Shown piece by piece: positions 1-9,940 of a DNA stretch of 64,000 bases; position 1 is the first letter of the stretch; each line of letters opens with the position of its first letter. The stretch covers positions 3,232,001 through 3,296,000 of the forward strand of contig OZ244207.1 of the NCBI GenBank assembly GCA_965216875.1, given 5' to 3'. The stretch comes from Rubripirellula sp. Lineage in GTDB: Bacteria; Planctomycetota; Planctomycetia; Pirellulales; Pirellulaceae. Below the pieces are notes generated by a model. It worked only from the letters and a program-made list of their open reading frames with translations. It was not told where the DNA came from and ran no database searches. A program made the translations under genes and the position numbers.

Positions 1-1312
1 CGCCAATCACGCGCGAACGAAGGGTGACACGCATGCCTGGAATACCAAAGTCGTTCACGACATTGGGCGCCACCGCAACAGGAGTTGGAGGCAGGATCAG
101 ATCGACACGATCATCAACGGCGGTTCCGATTCGTAAACGGAACGTTCCACCACCAAGCGGCACATTTGCCAACTCGTTGATATCGCCATCAAAGAACAGC
201 CGAGCGGTGAAGGTGCTCGGGTCGTAAATCACTTCCTTCGGTGCGTACAACTCGTCGTCGGTCGTCCGCACTGTGTCATTGGTCAACAACAACTGATAGA
301 AACGCGGATTCTCGGCCGAACGAATCGTTGGGTTGCCCTTGATCTCGGTGACCGTGCCGATGGCAGGAGCCGCGAAATCGACCGTTTCGTCGCCGGCAAC
401 CAGCTCGGCATTGATCCCGTCGAGAGCGTCGAGCACTTCGACAATGTCGCTGAATCGGTTGCCTGGTCGGTGCACGACTTCGATCGATCGATCGACTTGA
501 TCAAACGTCGCCGTCGCTGGACCCGCGTTGGTGTTGGAAACGAAATTGACGCGGACGTTATCAAACGATCCGTCCACATCACCGGTCAGCAACACTTCTT
601 CAGTGCCGTTACCAAACCGACCTTCCGCGCTGTCGTCTTCGACAAACAACGGATCTTCGTTGAAGTAAACGACGATTTCGTCACGATTCTGGACCAACGA
701 ACCGTCATCTTGTCGAACCACAGGTTGAGGAACGATCGACTCAACCAACGCCCCCAGACCCAAACGAAAATCTACAACCTCGGCACGTGCGCCTGGTTCC
801 GAGGGTTGCAGCAGTTCGCCGTTCTGGTTGCGGAGCCCGACGATATCCAATCCGTCATCGTCAAACCCAAATACCTCGACTCGGTAGTTGTCATCGGGCA
901 GACGCTCGGCAAATCGAACCACCACTTCGTTCTGATCGGGGTCACCCAGAGTCACCAATCCGGGAACGATCTGAACGTCATCAGGCGATCCGAAAACGCC
1001 GTCCTGGCCGCTCCGCGTGATTCGCACACCATCGAGCGTTGACGCATCGATCACCTGATCGGCGTCAAACCGCAGTGTCAAAACACGGGGGGCTGAATCG
1101 CGTACCGTCCCATCGACGATCAATTCACCGTCGTTGGGCTGGATACCGATCAGTTGCGGGCCAGCCAAAAGCTGTCTCGACTCGAGCGTTTCTAAAATGT
1201 GCTGACGCTTCTGTTTCACCGATGCTTTCGTCGCACGCGACGACTTCGATCGGCCAGATTTGGAAGCTTGCGAGAAGAATGTCGAGGAGTTTTTTCGCTT
1301 GCGCGAGGTCAT
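1..1312 (-). CDS. Large planctomycete surface/extracellular protein, 5' part (runs off the window start)
   Basis: Not in the ORF track because it has no stop in the window. Manual translation from ATG 1312 (GGAAGG upstream): MTSRKRKNSS...KQKRQHILETLESRQLLAGPQLIGIQPNDG..., open to base 1. LETLESRQLLA matches the planctomycete extracellular N-terminal motif. Confidence 0.85.
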   Translation of the reverse strand, partial: MTSRKRKNSSTFFSQASKSGRSKSSRATKASVKQKRQHILETLESRQLLAGPQLIGIQPNDGELIVDGTVRDSAPRVLTLRFDADQVIDASTLDGVRITRSGQDGVFGSPDDVQIVPGLVTLGDPDQNEVVVRFAERLPDDNYRVEVFGFDDDGLDIVGLRNQNGELLQPSEPGARAEVVDFRLGLGALVESIVPQPVVRQDDGSLVQNRDEIVVYFNEDPLFVEDDSAEGRFGNGTEEVLLTGDVDGSFDNVRVNFVSNTNAGPATATFDQVDRSIEVVHRPGNRFSDIVEVLDALDGINAELVAGDETVDFAAPAIGTVTEIKGNPTIRSAENPRFYQLLLTNDTVRTTDDELYAPKEVIYDPSTFTARLFFDGDINELANVPLGGGTFRLRIGTAVDDRVDLILPPTPVAVAPNVVNDFGIPGMRVTLRSRVIG

Positions 1313-1915
1313 AGACCAAACCTTCCAGGCGATGCCGCTCGTGCCGCCGAGTCCATTGGGCAGTTGCGACGATAAGGTGGTGTAGTTGGGTTTCAGCCGA
1401 ACAAAACCAATGTTTTGCCCGGTCGAATTCGGGTGACAAAGTGACGAGTTGGGCACCATCGACGCCATAAAACGGTGACGGTGGAATCACAGTCGCCGAG
1501 TATAGTTAGGGCCGAAAAACCCGCAAACAATTGCCAGAATCCTTATTCAGGCAATCCCGAGTTGCTGGCCAAACACGTCCGGTCGTAGCGGCAATAGGGG
1601 CAATTTCGCCCTTCCGGACAGGACTCGCCCCTCATCAGAGCGGTGTCCGATCGCGATAAACCCTATTTCCGCGTGGATCGTTGGACGGCAAGGGCCCCTG
1701 AAAGTTCCCCAAATCGAGTCAGGGAAAGAGTTTCCCTGCCCTTAGCAGCCTCGCTCGACAGCCGTCGAACCAGACACCACGTCCGAAAATGCTGCTATTT
1801 GATGCGATTTGCCGACTGCGGCCACCCGCAACGCATTGCCGAAGAATTTCGCTGATCGAAAGCAAAAAGCGTGCTATTTAGGGAACCAAACGTTCCGGTC
1901 ACGGGAGTGTCGTGG

Positions 1916-1972
1916 GTGTGCTTGCACGCACCAACGTCCCTAATCAGCGGTGCGTGCAAGCACACACCCTAC
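1916..1972. repeat. REP-like palindrome
   Basis: Perfect 17-bp inverted repeat GTGTGCTTGCACGCACC (1916-1932) / GGTGCGTGCAAGCACAC (1949-1965), followed by ACCCTAC (GTAG-type end on the minus strand). Confidence 0.7.
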
Positions 1973-1991
1973 AGCCAATGCGCCACCACCT

Positions 1992-2016
1992 CGTTACCAC
2001 GCTCGGCGTGGTAACG
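1992..2016 (-). terminator. Hairpin downstream of the AAA ATPase gene, possible terminator
   Basis: 11-bp perfect stem CGTTACCACGC-TCG-GCGTGGTAACG about 45 nt after the stop; no clear U-tract. Confidence 0.35.
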
Positions 2017-2060
2017 CACCTTCGGACGCTCCGGGTCCCGCGCTTTGGCGGACCTAATGG

Positions 2061-3053
2061 TCATCCTTCTTCGTCATCTTCATCCCGGTCGGGATGCAGC
2101 GGATCGTCAGGTTCAAAGAAGAGATCCGCCAATCCGAGGGGCACGGCGTCACCACCCAGCGTACGCCTGCGACGCTGAGCCAGACCTTCCAAGTCGACCG
2201 CGTCATCTCCTAGGCACTTTTCGAGCGCCTCCTGCCACGCTTCATCACGACTGACCGGATGACTCGTATCCTGAACCATCCGCTTGAGCGCGTAGCGAAG
2301 CAGGTTGATTCCGTCGCGGGGCGAAAAGTCGAGTTTAAGCTCATGGGAATGCTGCAGGAACTCGACCGTCATCGCCAGCATCTCTGGCTCGGCAAAGGGC
2401 AGGTGGTACTGAAGAATTGCCAGCTCGTCCTGTTTGCTCGGGTAGCCGACCTTGAGTGTGGGCTGCAATCGACTCAGGATGTAGTCGGGTACTTCAAAGG
2501 TCGACTCGTCCTCGTTCATCGTCACGGCCGCTCGAAACTCGGGGGCGGCATGGATGGTGATGCCCGCGACGATCGATTCGACCAACCGGCGACCGTCGAA
2601 AAGCGGCGCGAGCGAGGCCCACGACTTTTCGTTCATCCGATTGCCCTCGTCCAGCAAACAGACGCCACCATTGATCATTGCCGACACGAGTGGCGAGGCG
2701 TGATACGAGATTTCGCCCCCCTGGCTCAGCACCGGGGTGATCAAGAGGTCTTCGGGCCGAGTGTCGGCGGTGCATTGATAGATGTAGAGCGGACGTCCCT
2801 GGGCCATCGCAGCCGCGATCGCAAGCTGGGTCTTGCCCACCCCCGGTGAACCGACAAGTCGTGGGGTTAGGGGCAAATCCGCTTGATCAACCGTGATCCA
2901 GCAAGCCAACAGCTGCATCAAGATCTCTTGCTGGCCGATCCATTGCCCATCCGATTGGTAGGGCTGGGCCAACTTCAACGTGATCCCACCAATCTCGGCG
3001 TATCCAACCGGCTCGGCTTGGGTCTGCTCAGGCTGTGGCTCGATTTCGCTCAT
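2061..3053 (-). CDS. MoxR-like AAA+ ATPase
   Basis: Walker A GSPGVGKT, Walker [15 protein letters not shown] sensor-like motif; 4-nt overlap with the upstream lipase gene. Confidence 0.85.
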   Translation of the reverse strand: MSEIEPQPEQTQAEPVGYAEIGGITLKLAQPYQSDGQWIGQQEILMQLLACWITVDQADLPLTPRLVGSPGVGKTQLAIAAAMAQGRPLYIYQCTADTRPEDLLITPVLSQGGEISYHASPLVSAMINGGVCLLDEGNRMNEKSWASLAPLFDGRRLVESIVAGITIHAAPEFRAAVTMNEDESTFEVPDYILSRLQPTLKVGYPSKQDELAILQYHLPFAEPEMLAMTVEFLQHSHELKLDFSPRDGINLLRYALKRMVQDTSHPVSRDEAWQEALEKCLGDDAVDLEGLAQRRRRTLGGDAVPLGLADLFFEPDDPLHPDRDEDDEEG

Positions 3054-4054
3054 CCTTGCACACTCATCTTGTTCGTTTTGGGGCGATTCGAATTGGATGC
3101 AGCTGCCAACGAATCATTTCCATCGCCTTCGATCAAATCGTCTGCTGACACCGCCGCTTTTCCCTCTGCCAGATCGATTCGTTGCTGCCTGACCGCTGCG
3201 GCGATCGCGTCGATATACCCGTGGATCGAGTGGTCTGAAAAGTGGTCGACTTTCCAGCGACGCAAACCGCGTAGGAAGCCTCGCCAACGATCACGGCGTT
3301 TTCCAACCAAACCGATCTCTCGAAGCTGACCGACACTATCGATGTAGACCTCGTTGCCACAGTGACGGTACCCCATAAAGACGGGTGGCACACGCGTCAC
3401 GATGTCGTTGTTGTTGACGAATCGAAAGTAATCCAATTTGACGTAGTTGATGTACCGTTTGTCTCCAACGCGCGGGCTGCCATAGGTAAACAGCTGGCGC
3501 GGAACGCTGTCGATGTGGGAAAGGAAACACCGGCCTGCACAGATGGTCGCCATGGCACCGCCCAAAGAATGTCCACAAAACCAAAGCGGCTGCTGATTCT
3601 TCATCAGTGCCGTCTCGAGCATGGGCCACAAGTCATCGACTTCATTCTTGAAGCCGCGATGGACTCGGCCGGTCGTTTCGGCCAGCACGCTCGTCGCGTT
3701 GGCATCGGCCCGAATGTCATTCCATTCACTCGGCTCGGTACCTCGGCAAGCGATCACGCAATCGTGTTCGTTTCGAAACCGATAGGCCTGTGAGCCATCG
3801 CGATCGTAAAACGTCACATCCGGCAAGCCGATCACTTTCCCCGCGCGACGGGCCTCGTCCTCGTCGTTGTACGCAATCATCGCCAGCTCGGCGAACAAGA
3901 GCGCACGATCCAAGAACGTCATTTGCTCGATCGGGCCGGCCACTTCCGAGTGAATCTCGAGTGGGACTTCACCGGGATCGGCAACCACTCGCGGGGCATC
4001 CAACCGCGCATGCTTGTCTTGGGAATCGGGCAGGTTGGGCATCGGCGAATTCAC
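3050..4054 (-). CDS. Class 3 lipase family protein
   Basis: GHSLGG nucleophile elbow, [17 protein letters not shown] and DIVTRVPP motifs. Confidence 0.9.
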   Translation of the reverse strand: MNSPMPNLPDSQDKHARLDAPRVVADPGEVPLEIHSEVAGPIEQMTFLDRALLFAELAMIAYNDEDEARRAGKVIGLPDVTFYDRDGSQAYRFRNEHDCVIACRGTEPSEWNDIRADANATSVLAETTGRVHRGFKNEVDDLWPMLETALMKNQQPLWFCGHSLGGAMATICAGRCFLSHIDSVPRQLFTYGSPRVGDKRYINYVKLDYFRFVNNNDIVTRVPPVFMGYRHCGNEVYIDSVGQLREIGLVGKRRDRWRGFLRGLRRWKVDHFSDHSIHGYIDAIAAAVRQQRIDLAEGKAAVSADDLIEGDGNDSLAAASNSNRPKTNKMSVQG

Positions 4055-4221
4055 TCCATCGAAAGCAGCGTGCGAAGCGGTCGCAGGTGACGAGATGTAA
4101 CGGGTGATCTCATTGGGCGACCCCTTTGATCATTGTGTCGGGGGCACTGTGATCATTGTGTCGCGGGACCGTCTGCCCTGACAACCGGCCAAACGACGTC
4201 GGCCGAGCGCTCAATCGACAG

Positions 4222-4313
4222 AACCGTTCCACGAAAAACGCAAAAACCCACGAAAGGGGAAATCGAGAGACCACTGTCAGCTCTTTCGCACTTTCGTGAC
4301 ACTTTGTGGTTTT
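4222..4313. repeat. Imperfect intergenic palindrome with short-period CACGAAA/TTTCGTG units
   Basis: CCACGAAAAACGCAAAAACCCACGAAAG ... CTTTCGCACTTTCGTGACACTTTGTGG; resembles the TTCGTG-rich tails at 51115-51284. Confidence 0.5.
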
Positions 4314-4361
4314 CGCACAAACCACTTGGGCGCACGGTTCCGCCAATCCGAGCCGATCGAC

Positions 4362-6038
4362 TCACCCTTCCTCGAGCGAGAATGTCGCTTCGACCGGGGC
4401 GCCCGGTTCAAGCAATTCACCCTGCTGAGGATGCCCACCACCGACGTCAATTTGAATCGTCAGATGCCTCAACCATTGGGGGTCATCGGTGCGAGCAAAA
4501 TCGCTGCGGAAGTGGACACCTCGTGATTCGGTACGCGCCAGAGCGGCTTCGACGATGCACGATGCCGTCGTCAACATGTTCTGCAGCTCCCAGCCTTCGA
4601 TCGAATCAAACTGGTGCGGCATCACGTAGGCGGCAAACGACATGATCGAATCAGCTGCCTCGCGAAGTCCGTCAGCCGTCCGTTCGACTCCCGCCAACCG
4701 CCCCATCAAGCTCTTGAGCGAAACGCGCACGTCAGCGACGTCGAACGCTTCGTCCTGCGAATGCACAGGATGCTGGATCGGCAGCGCTTCCATTTTGGCC
4801 CCGTTTTCTGCAGCGGCTCGCGAAGCTGCTTCGCCAGCGTAGGCACCATAGACCAAACCTTCGAGCAAGCTATTGCTCGCCAAACGATTGGCCCCGTGCA
4901 GCCCGCTACTTGTGACTTCACCGGCAGCCCACAGTCCCGGCAAACTGGTCCGTCCCTGACGATCGACCGAAACGCCACCAATCATGTAGTGAGCGCCGGG
5001 GCGAACGGGGATTCGGTCACTGGTGATGTCCAACCCAAACTTCGCACACGCTTCGGCGATGCCAGGAAACCGCGATTTCACATGGGTCGGATTCAGATGT
5101 GACAGGTCCAAAAAGACGTTCGTGTGCTTGGTCGCCTGCATCTGACGAATGATCGATTGGCTGACCACGTCGCGCGGTGCAAGTTCGGCGCGGGAGTCGT
5201 ATTCAGGCATGAACCGATAGCCATTGGTATCGACCAAGTAGGCTCCTTCGCCACGGACCGCTTCGGTAATCAATGATCGCGACGATCCAGCGATGTACAA
5301 AACGGTCGGATGGAATTGAACGAACTCCATGTCGCGAAGCTCGACGCCGGCACGATAGGCGAGCGACGAACCATCGCCGGTCGCTACCGATGGATTGGTC
5401 GATTCACGAAACACCTGTCCAATGCCACCGGTGCAAAGAATCGTTTCCTTGGCCCAGATCATCAGCGGATGGCCGTTTGGATCGATGATGACCGCGCCCC
5501 GACAGCGACCTTCATGCGTCAACAGATCCACCGTAAAGGTGTTTTCCATAATGTCGATGTTCGGCATGCTGCGCGTTCGGCTGATCACCGCGCGCATGAT
5601 TTCGCGGCCGGTCGCATCGCCTTGGGCATGAACAATTCGCTCGCGAGAATGCCCACCTTCGCGGCCCAACGCGAGTTCGCCTTCGTTCTGGTCAAACTGA
5701 GTTCCCCAGCGAACCAGTTCTTCAATTCGCCGCGGCCCCTCGCGAATGACCATATCAACAATGGCTCGGTCACACAGGTTGCCACCAGCGGCAAGGGTGT
5801 CGGCCACATGGGAATCGAAGCAGTCGTTGGGATCCAAGACCCCGGCAATGCCACCTTGTGCGTAGTTGCTGCTCGATTCACGCAGCTGATCTTTCGTCAC
5901 CACCAGCACGGTTTGATTGGTTTCCACCGCGTTGGCTGCCCGCAAGCCCGCAAGTCCACCGCCAATCACCAAAACATCGGTGAACCGGTGCGTCGCCCTG
6001 CGGGAATCCAATGGCAACAGGTAACGCGGAGTCATCAT
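4362..6038 (-). CDS. nadB: L-aspartate oxidase
   Basis: GGGLAG FAD motif, SSNYAQGGIA, REGGHS, EFVQFHPT, LITEAVRGEG, ELAPRDVV, GLHGANRLASNSLLEG, ESRGVHFRSD. Confidence 0.95.
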   Translation of the reverse strand: MMTPRYLLPLDSRRATHRFTDVLVIGGGLAGLRAANAVETNQTVLVVTKDQLRESSSNYAQGGIAGVLDPNDCFDSHVADTLAAGGNLCDRAIVDMVIREGPRRIEELVRWGTQFDQNEGELALGREGGHSRERIVHAQGDATGREIMRAVISRTRSMPNIDIMENTFTVDLLTHEGRCRGAVIIDPNGHPLMIWAKETILCTGGIGQVFRESTNPSVATGDGSSLAYRAGVELRDMEFVQFHPTVLYIAGSSRSLITEAVRGEGAYLVDTNGYRFMPEYDSRAELAPRDVVSQSIIRQMQATKHTNVFLDLSHLNPTHVKSRFPGIAEACAKFGLDITSDRIPVRPGAHYMIGGVSVDRQGRTSLPGLWAAGEVTSSGLHGANRLASNSLLEGLVYGAYAGEAASRAAAENGAKMEALPIQHPVHSQDEAFDVADVRVSLKSLMGRLAGVERTADGLREAADSIMSFAAYVMPHQFDSIEGWELQNMLTTASCIVEAALARTESRGVHFRSDFARTDDPQWLRHLTIQIDVGGGHPQQGELLEPGAPVEATFSLEEG

Positions 6039-6432
6039 TTCGTCGTGGTGACCTTATTCTTTGCAGGAGCGTTAAAGACCAAACGTTGGCAGGCAACAGG
6101 GGGCGCCGAAGCCTGGAGCGGGATCGCAGGATATCGACAGTCATCCGTTATAGCGGATAGGCTGAAAGATGAGCGAGGACGCAAGCGGGGCTGGACCTGA
6201 CAACTCAACACCCGACGGCGTCGGGACAGAATAGGCCATTCGCCCCAAAAGCTAAATCGAAAGTCCCGCCAGGCAGCCTTTTTGTGCGGTTTTGCCGATG
6301 GCGTAAATTAAGATGACGGCCCGAATCCTGGCCCAGCACCTTCAAATTCATTCGTCGCAACCTCTGATTCCTCCAAAGGCTGGTCCGTTTGGCCCACCAC
6401 TGGTCGACCTGAATCACCCAAAAACACGTTCA

Positions 6433-7404
6433 ATGAGCGAATTGAAACGCGGACTTCACGCGGACCTAACCGATGACGTCGACGCCGAGGCCGAAGTTGA
6501 CCTCGATGTTTCGGCGGATGAGGCCGCGTCCGAGCCTCCCGAACCGACCCGGCGGGGCCCCTTTCGCCGCAAACGCTCTGGGCGAAAAAAACGACGACGA
6601 CGACGCCTCACCCTCGCTGTGTTGCCCACGCTGTTGACGCTTGGCAACGGAGTTTGTGGGCTTGCCGCGATTGCCGTGGCGACCAGCGTGAACCTTGAGT
6701 GGGACAACGAACAAAAACTGCTGGTCGCGGGAATCCTGATCTTCGCCGGCATGCTCTTTGATGCACTCGACGGATCGGCCGCCCGGATGACAGGCCAAGA
6801 GAGCCAATTCGGCGCTGAACTCGACAGCCTCTGTGACGCCATTACCTTTGGCACCGCCCCGGCCGTGATCGTTTGGCGAATGAACGATAGTGGAGCGCTG
6901 CCCCTCAAATTGACCTGGGCGATTGGAGTCCTCTTTGCCCTCTGTGTGCTCATCCGCCTTGCACGGTTCAATGTCGAAACCGACGAAGACGATACCCACG
7001 AGGGTTTTGATGGGTTGCCGAGTCCCGCGGCCGCTGGAACACTCGCCTCATTCATGATTGCGATGCCCACCCTGGCCTCCTACGCCGCTGACGAGGACTA
7101 CGGACAAGTTCAATGGCTCGCCCAGCGACTGCTCGAGGGCTGCGAGTACTTCATACCAGCACTTGCGCTATCGCTGGCCTATTTGATGGTCTCGCGATTC
7201 CAGTACCCGCATGTTTTTCAACAACTTTTGCGTGGACGTCGCGCGCCCCACCAGATCGGACAGGCTCTGTTTGTATTGATCGGGGCAGTTGTGCTTCATT
7301 GGTTGGCCTTGCCCATCGCGTTCTGTTACTACGCTTTTGCCGCACCGATCCGAACTTGGGTCGGCAAACTCCGTGGGACAACGAAAGTTGCCGAGAGTTC
7401 CTGA
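6433..7404 (+). CDS. pssA: CDP-alcohol phosphatidyltransferase, PssA-like
   Basis: DALDGSAARMTGQESQFGAELDSLCDAITFG signature, RLARFNV, GLPSPAAAG. Start 6433 chosen; ORF track begins at 6313. Confidence 0.8.
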   Translation: MSELKRGLHADLTDDVDAEAEVDLDVSADEAASEPPEPTRRGPFRRKRSGRKKRRRRRLTLAVLPTLLTLGNGVCGLAAIAVATSVNLEWDNEQKLLVAGILIFAGMLFDALDGSAARMTGQESQFGAELDSLCDAITFGTAPAVIVWRMNDSGALPLKLTWAIGVLFALCVLIRLARFNVETDEDDTHEGFDGLPSPAAAGTLASFMIAMPTLASYAADEDYGQVQWLAQRLLEGCEYFIPALALSLAYLMVSRFQYPHVFQQLLRGRRAPHQIGQALFVLIGAVVLHWLALPIAFCYYAFAAPIRTWVGKLRGTTKVAESS

Positions 7405-7837
7405 AACAGTCGCTAGCCCCCTGATGGGCGAAGAATCAAATCACATCCGTGTGAACTGTGTCACCTGTTACCGGGCCGTTGCCTGCGAAGTTGTCGCGCC
7501 GAAATGTGAGAATCCAAGGGACAGGCCGGTCGTAATGTCTCAGCGCTGTAATATATGACCTGAAATTCGACACAAACTGTGCTGATTTTTTGCCTAAGCT
7601 CTTACCAACAAACAACTTGTGTGTCGTGATTGTCAGAGGGGGTCTTGTTGACGAGTCGCTAAAAGCTGCCATCCTTTACCAGCTGAATTGGTTTGTACGG
7701 GATCCCTGCACGGGGTTCAAAAGGCAACTCGAATCACTGCCAAGCCTACCCCCAATCGTTCGAATAGCGGCAAGACGCCGTCAATCGACCGTCTCGACAG
7801 ACCAAAACAAACGAGTGCCGCCGAGGAATTGTCATCT

Positions 7838-8512
7838 ATGAGTCGTGTTGCGAACGGGAAAAAAGCGTCTCCGCAGCCCCACAGCAGTCCCTTCTACAAC
7901 AATCTCGTCCCCGCCTACCAAGCCCTTTGGCCGGCGGTGGCACGTCGCCGCATCACCGCTGCCGTCGAATCGCTCGGTATCCCCACCGACGCGAAAGTAC
8001 TTGAAGTGGGTGTCGGCACAGGGCTGTCGCTCGACAGCTACCCCACTGACTGCGCTGTCACGGGTGTGGACCTTTCTGAATCAATGCTCGCCGAAGCCGA
8101 ACAGTTGATTCAATCGCGTGGCTGGGACCACATCAATTTGATCCCGATGAACGCCGAGGAACTTGAACTCGAGGATTCCTCGTTCGACGTCGTGACGTCA
8201 TTCCACACGATCAGCGTGGTATCACATCCCGAAAAGATGATGCGTGAAATCGTTCGCGTCTGCAAACCGGGCGGCCGCATCATGATGATCAACCACTTCC
8301 GCAGCGATAACCCTCTGATTGCTCGAGTCGTCGACTCGGCTGGCAATATCACCAAGCGTTTGGGATGGCGAACTGACGTCGAACTGCAAGAACTGCTCGC
8401 CGAGTTACCAATCCGACTCGACCACTGCTACAAACAAAACCCGTTGTCGCTCTTCACAGTCATGACGGCGACCTGCCTCAAGACCGCCGAAGCCGAGCTG
8501 GCCGTCGGTTGA
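7838..8512 (+). CDS. Class I SAM methyltransferase, phospholipid N-methyltransferase (PmtA-like)
   Basis: VLEVGVGTGLSL, GVDLSESML, RVCKPGG, INHF motifs; GAGGA SD before ATG 7838; follows the pssA-like gene. Confidence 0.75.
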   Translation: MSRVANGKKASPQPHSSPFYNNLVPAYQALWPAVARRRITAAVESLGIPTDAKVLEVGVGTGLSLDSYPTDCAVTGVDLSESMLAEAEQLIQSRGWDHINLIPMNAEELELEDSSFDVVTSFHTISVVSHPEKMMREIVRVCKPGGRIMMINHFRSDNPLIARVVDSAGNITKRLGWRTDVELQELLAELPIRLDHCYKQNPLSLFTVMTATCLKTAEAELAVG

Positions 8513-8548
8513 TGTTGCCGGTCGTCACCTGGTGAACGCTGAAGCGGT

Positions 8549-9304
8549 TCACTCTTTCGTCAAGAACTTGGCATACACGCGGGCGACGTCGCCCATGTAG
8601 TTGTGGGGGGCATCTTTGGCACAGCGTTCCAAGTATTCAAGCGCCTTCTTCTTGTCACCATGCGCGTCGGCGTACAGCCCCAAATAGAAGTCGCCATAGA
8701 ACCTAGCGTAGGCGCGCTCGTCCGTTCCCTCTTTGGTCGCTTCGACTCGCTTGACCACCGCCTCGGTGTCACCACTGCTCAGCATGGCGAGTACTTCATC
8801 CATCGGCAGACGCGAGTCACCGGGCGCGGGCAGGACCAGGCGTTTGGCTTCTTCGACCGACTTTGCCTTAGCGACGCATAGGAAATGCCAGGCAGCATTT
8901 TCAACATCGTTGGGGTTTACCTTTCGATGCTTCTCGAATTGTTCGACGCCCGCTTGATAGTCGCCTGTGAAGTACAGCGAAATACCACGTTGCCAAAGAT
9001 AGGGCAACTCGGCCGGCGCCTCTTTGACGAATCGGTTGAACCATTTCGTCGACTCCGACACCTTCCCCGCTCGCAGGTACAGATCGCCAGCCGCACGCAT
9101 CACCCGCGGGTCTTTGCCAGCCGCTGCAACCATCGCATCGGCAGCCTTGATCGCCTCGTCGTTCTTTTCCTCAAGCAGTGCATTCAACCCGCGAGCGCGA
9201 AGCTGACCGATTGACAGCGATCCCTCGCCCGACTCCTGGGCGTTGGCAAAGGTCCCACCGGCCACCATCAAAACAGTGGCAATCCACTTGGACATCATCG
9301 ACAT
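8549..9304 (-). CDS. Secreted TPR-repeat protein (NlpI-like)
   Basis: Signal peptide, then helical repeats such as LWQRGISLYF..YQAGVEQF and NPNDVENAAWHFLC. Confidence 0.75.
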   Translation of the reverse strand: MSMMSKWIATVLMVAGGTFANAQESGEGSLSIGQLRARGLNALLEEKNDEAIKAADAMVAAAGKDPRVMRAAGDLYLRAGKVSESTKWFNRFVKEAPAELPYLWQRGISLYFTGDYQAGVEQFEKHRKVNPNDVENAAWHFLCVAKAKSVEEAKRLVLPAPGDSRLPMDEVLAMLSSGDTEAVVKRVEATKEGTDERAYARFYGDFYLGLYADAHGDKKKALEYLERCAKDAPHNYMGDVARVYAKFLTKE

Positions 9305-9332
9305 GGTGCGATTCCCCAAAACGACTCGCCGA

Positions 9333-9929
9333 TCAATCGGCTGCATCTTTCGATTGAGTGGGCGAGAGGATTTCAAGCAGTTTGATGGCAGGTTCGCCAT
9401 CGCAATAGATCAACGCAGTACGGCCCCAAACCGTTTCCCCGACTTGCACGCGCAACATCGCGGCGAGCGACGGACCGGCTTTGATTCGCCAAAGCCCGAC
9501 CAGTTGGACTTCGCGTAGCACGTTGTGTTCGATCAACACCCTGCCAAGCGGCACCGATTGACTCTCGATACGTCGCCAAACTTCACCATCAAGCGTGTCA
9601 ACGTTCAATCGAACGATACCGTACTGGACGATCCGTCCAGTCTCTTTCGTTACCAATGTGATTTCGCGCGAATACCAATTCTCGTGGCGATCACAGCGAT
9701 GCACATGCACGTCGACCTTTTCGTCATAGTGTGACTCGACAGTCACCGTCATGTGCTTGTGATGATCAAGCAGCGCATTGTAGGGAGGCGGGGCATTGAG
9801 AACCGGCTCAAATTCGCCAAGCTGAGCGTGGCCGGGCGGATCGCGATAGAACTGCTCAAGCAGCTCATTGATTTTGACGTCGGAATCGTTGGTTGGGGTC
9901 ACGCCAGTTGGTCCCGCCTTGTTCATCAA
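9333..9929 (-). CDS. Chorismate-lyase/UTRA-fold-like protein
   Basis: HMTVTVE, YSREITL, VPLGRVL and final IKLLEIL motifs resemble the UbiC fold; same operon as the prenyl genes. Confidence 0.5.
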   Translation of the reverse strand: MMNKAGPTGVTPTNDSDVKINELLEQFYRDPPGHAQLGEFEPVLNAPPPYNALLDHHKHMTVTVESHYDEKVDVHVHRCDRHENWYSREITLVTKETGRIVQYGIVRLNVDTLDGEVWRRIESQSVPLGRVLIEHNVLREVQLVGLWRIKAGPSLAAMLRVQVGETVWGRTALIYCDGEPAIKLLEILSPTQSKDAAD

Positions 9930-9940
9930 TTCTGTTCGGC

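Noticed and set aside
470..6200. Plus-strand ORFs such as 470-1042, 2259-2849 and 5310-6200
   Set aside because: Antisense shadows of well-supported minus-strand genes, common in GC-rich DNA; the same applies to most other overlapping ORFs in the track.
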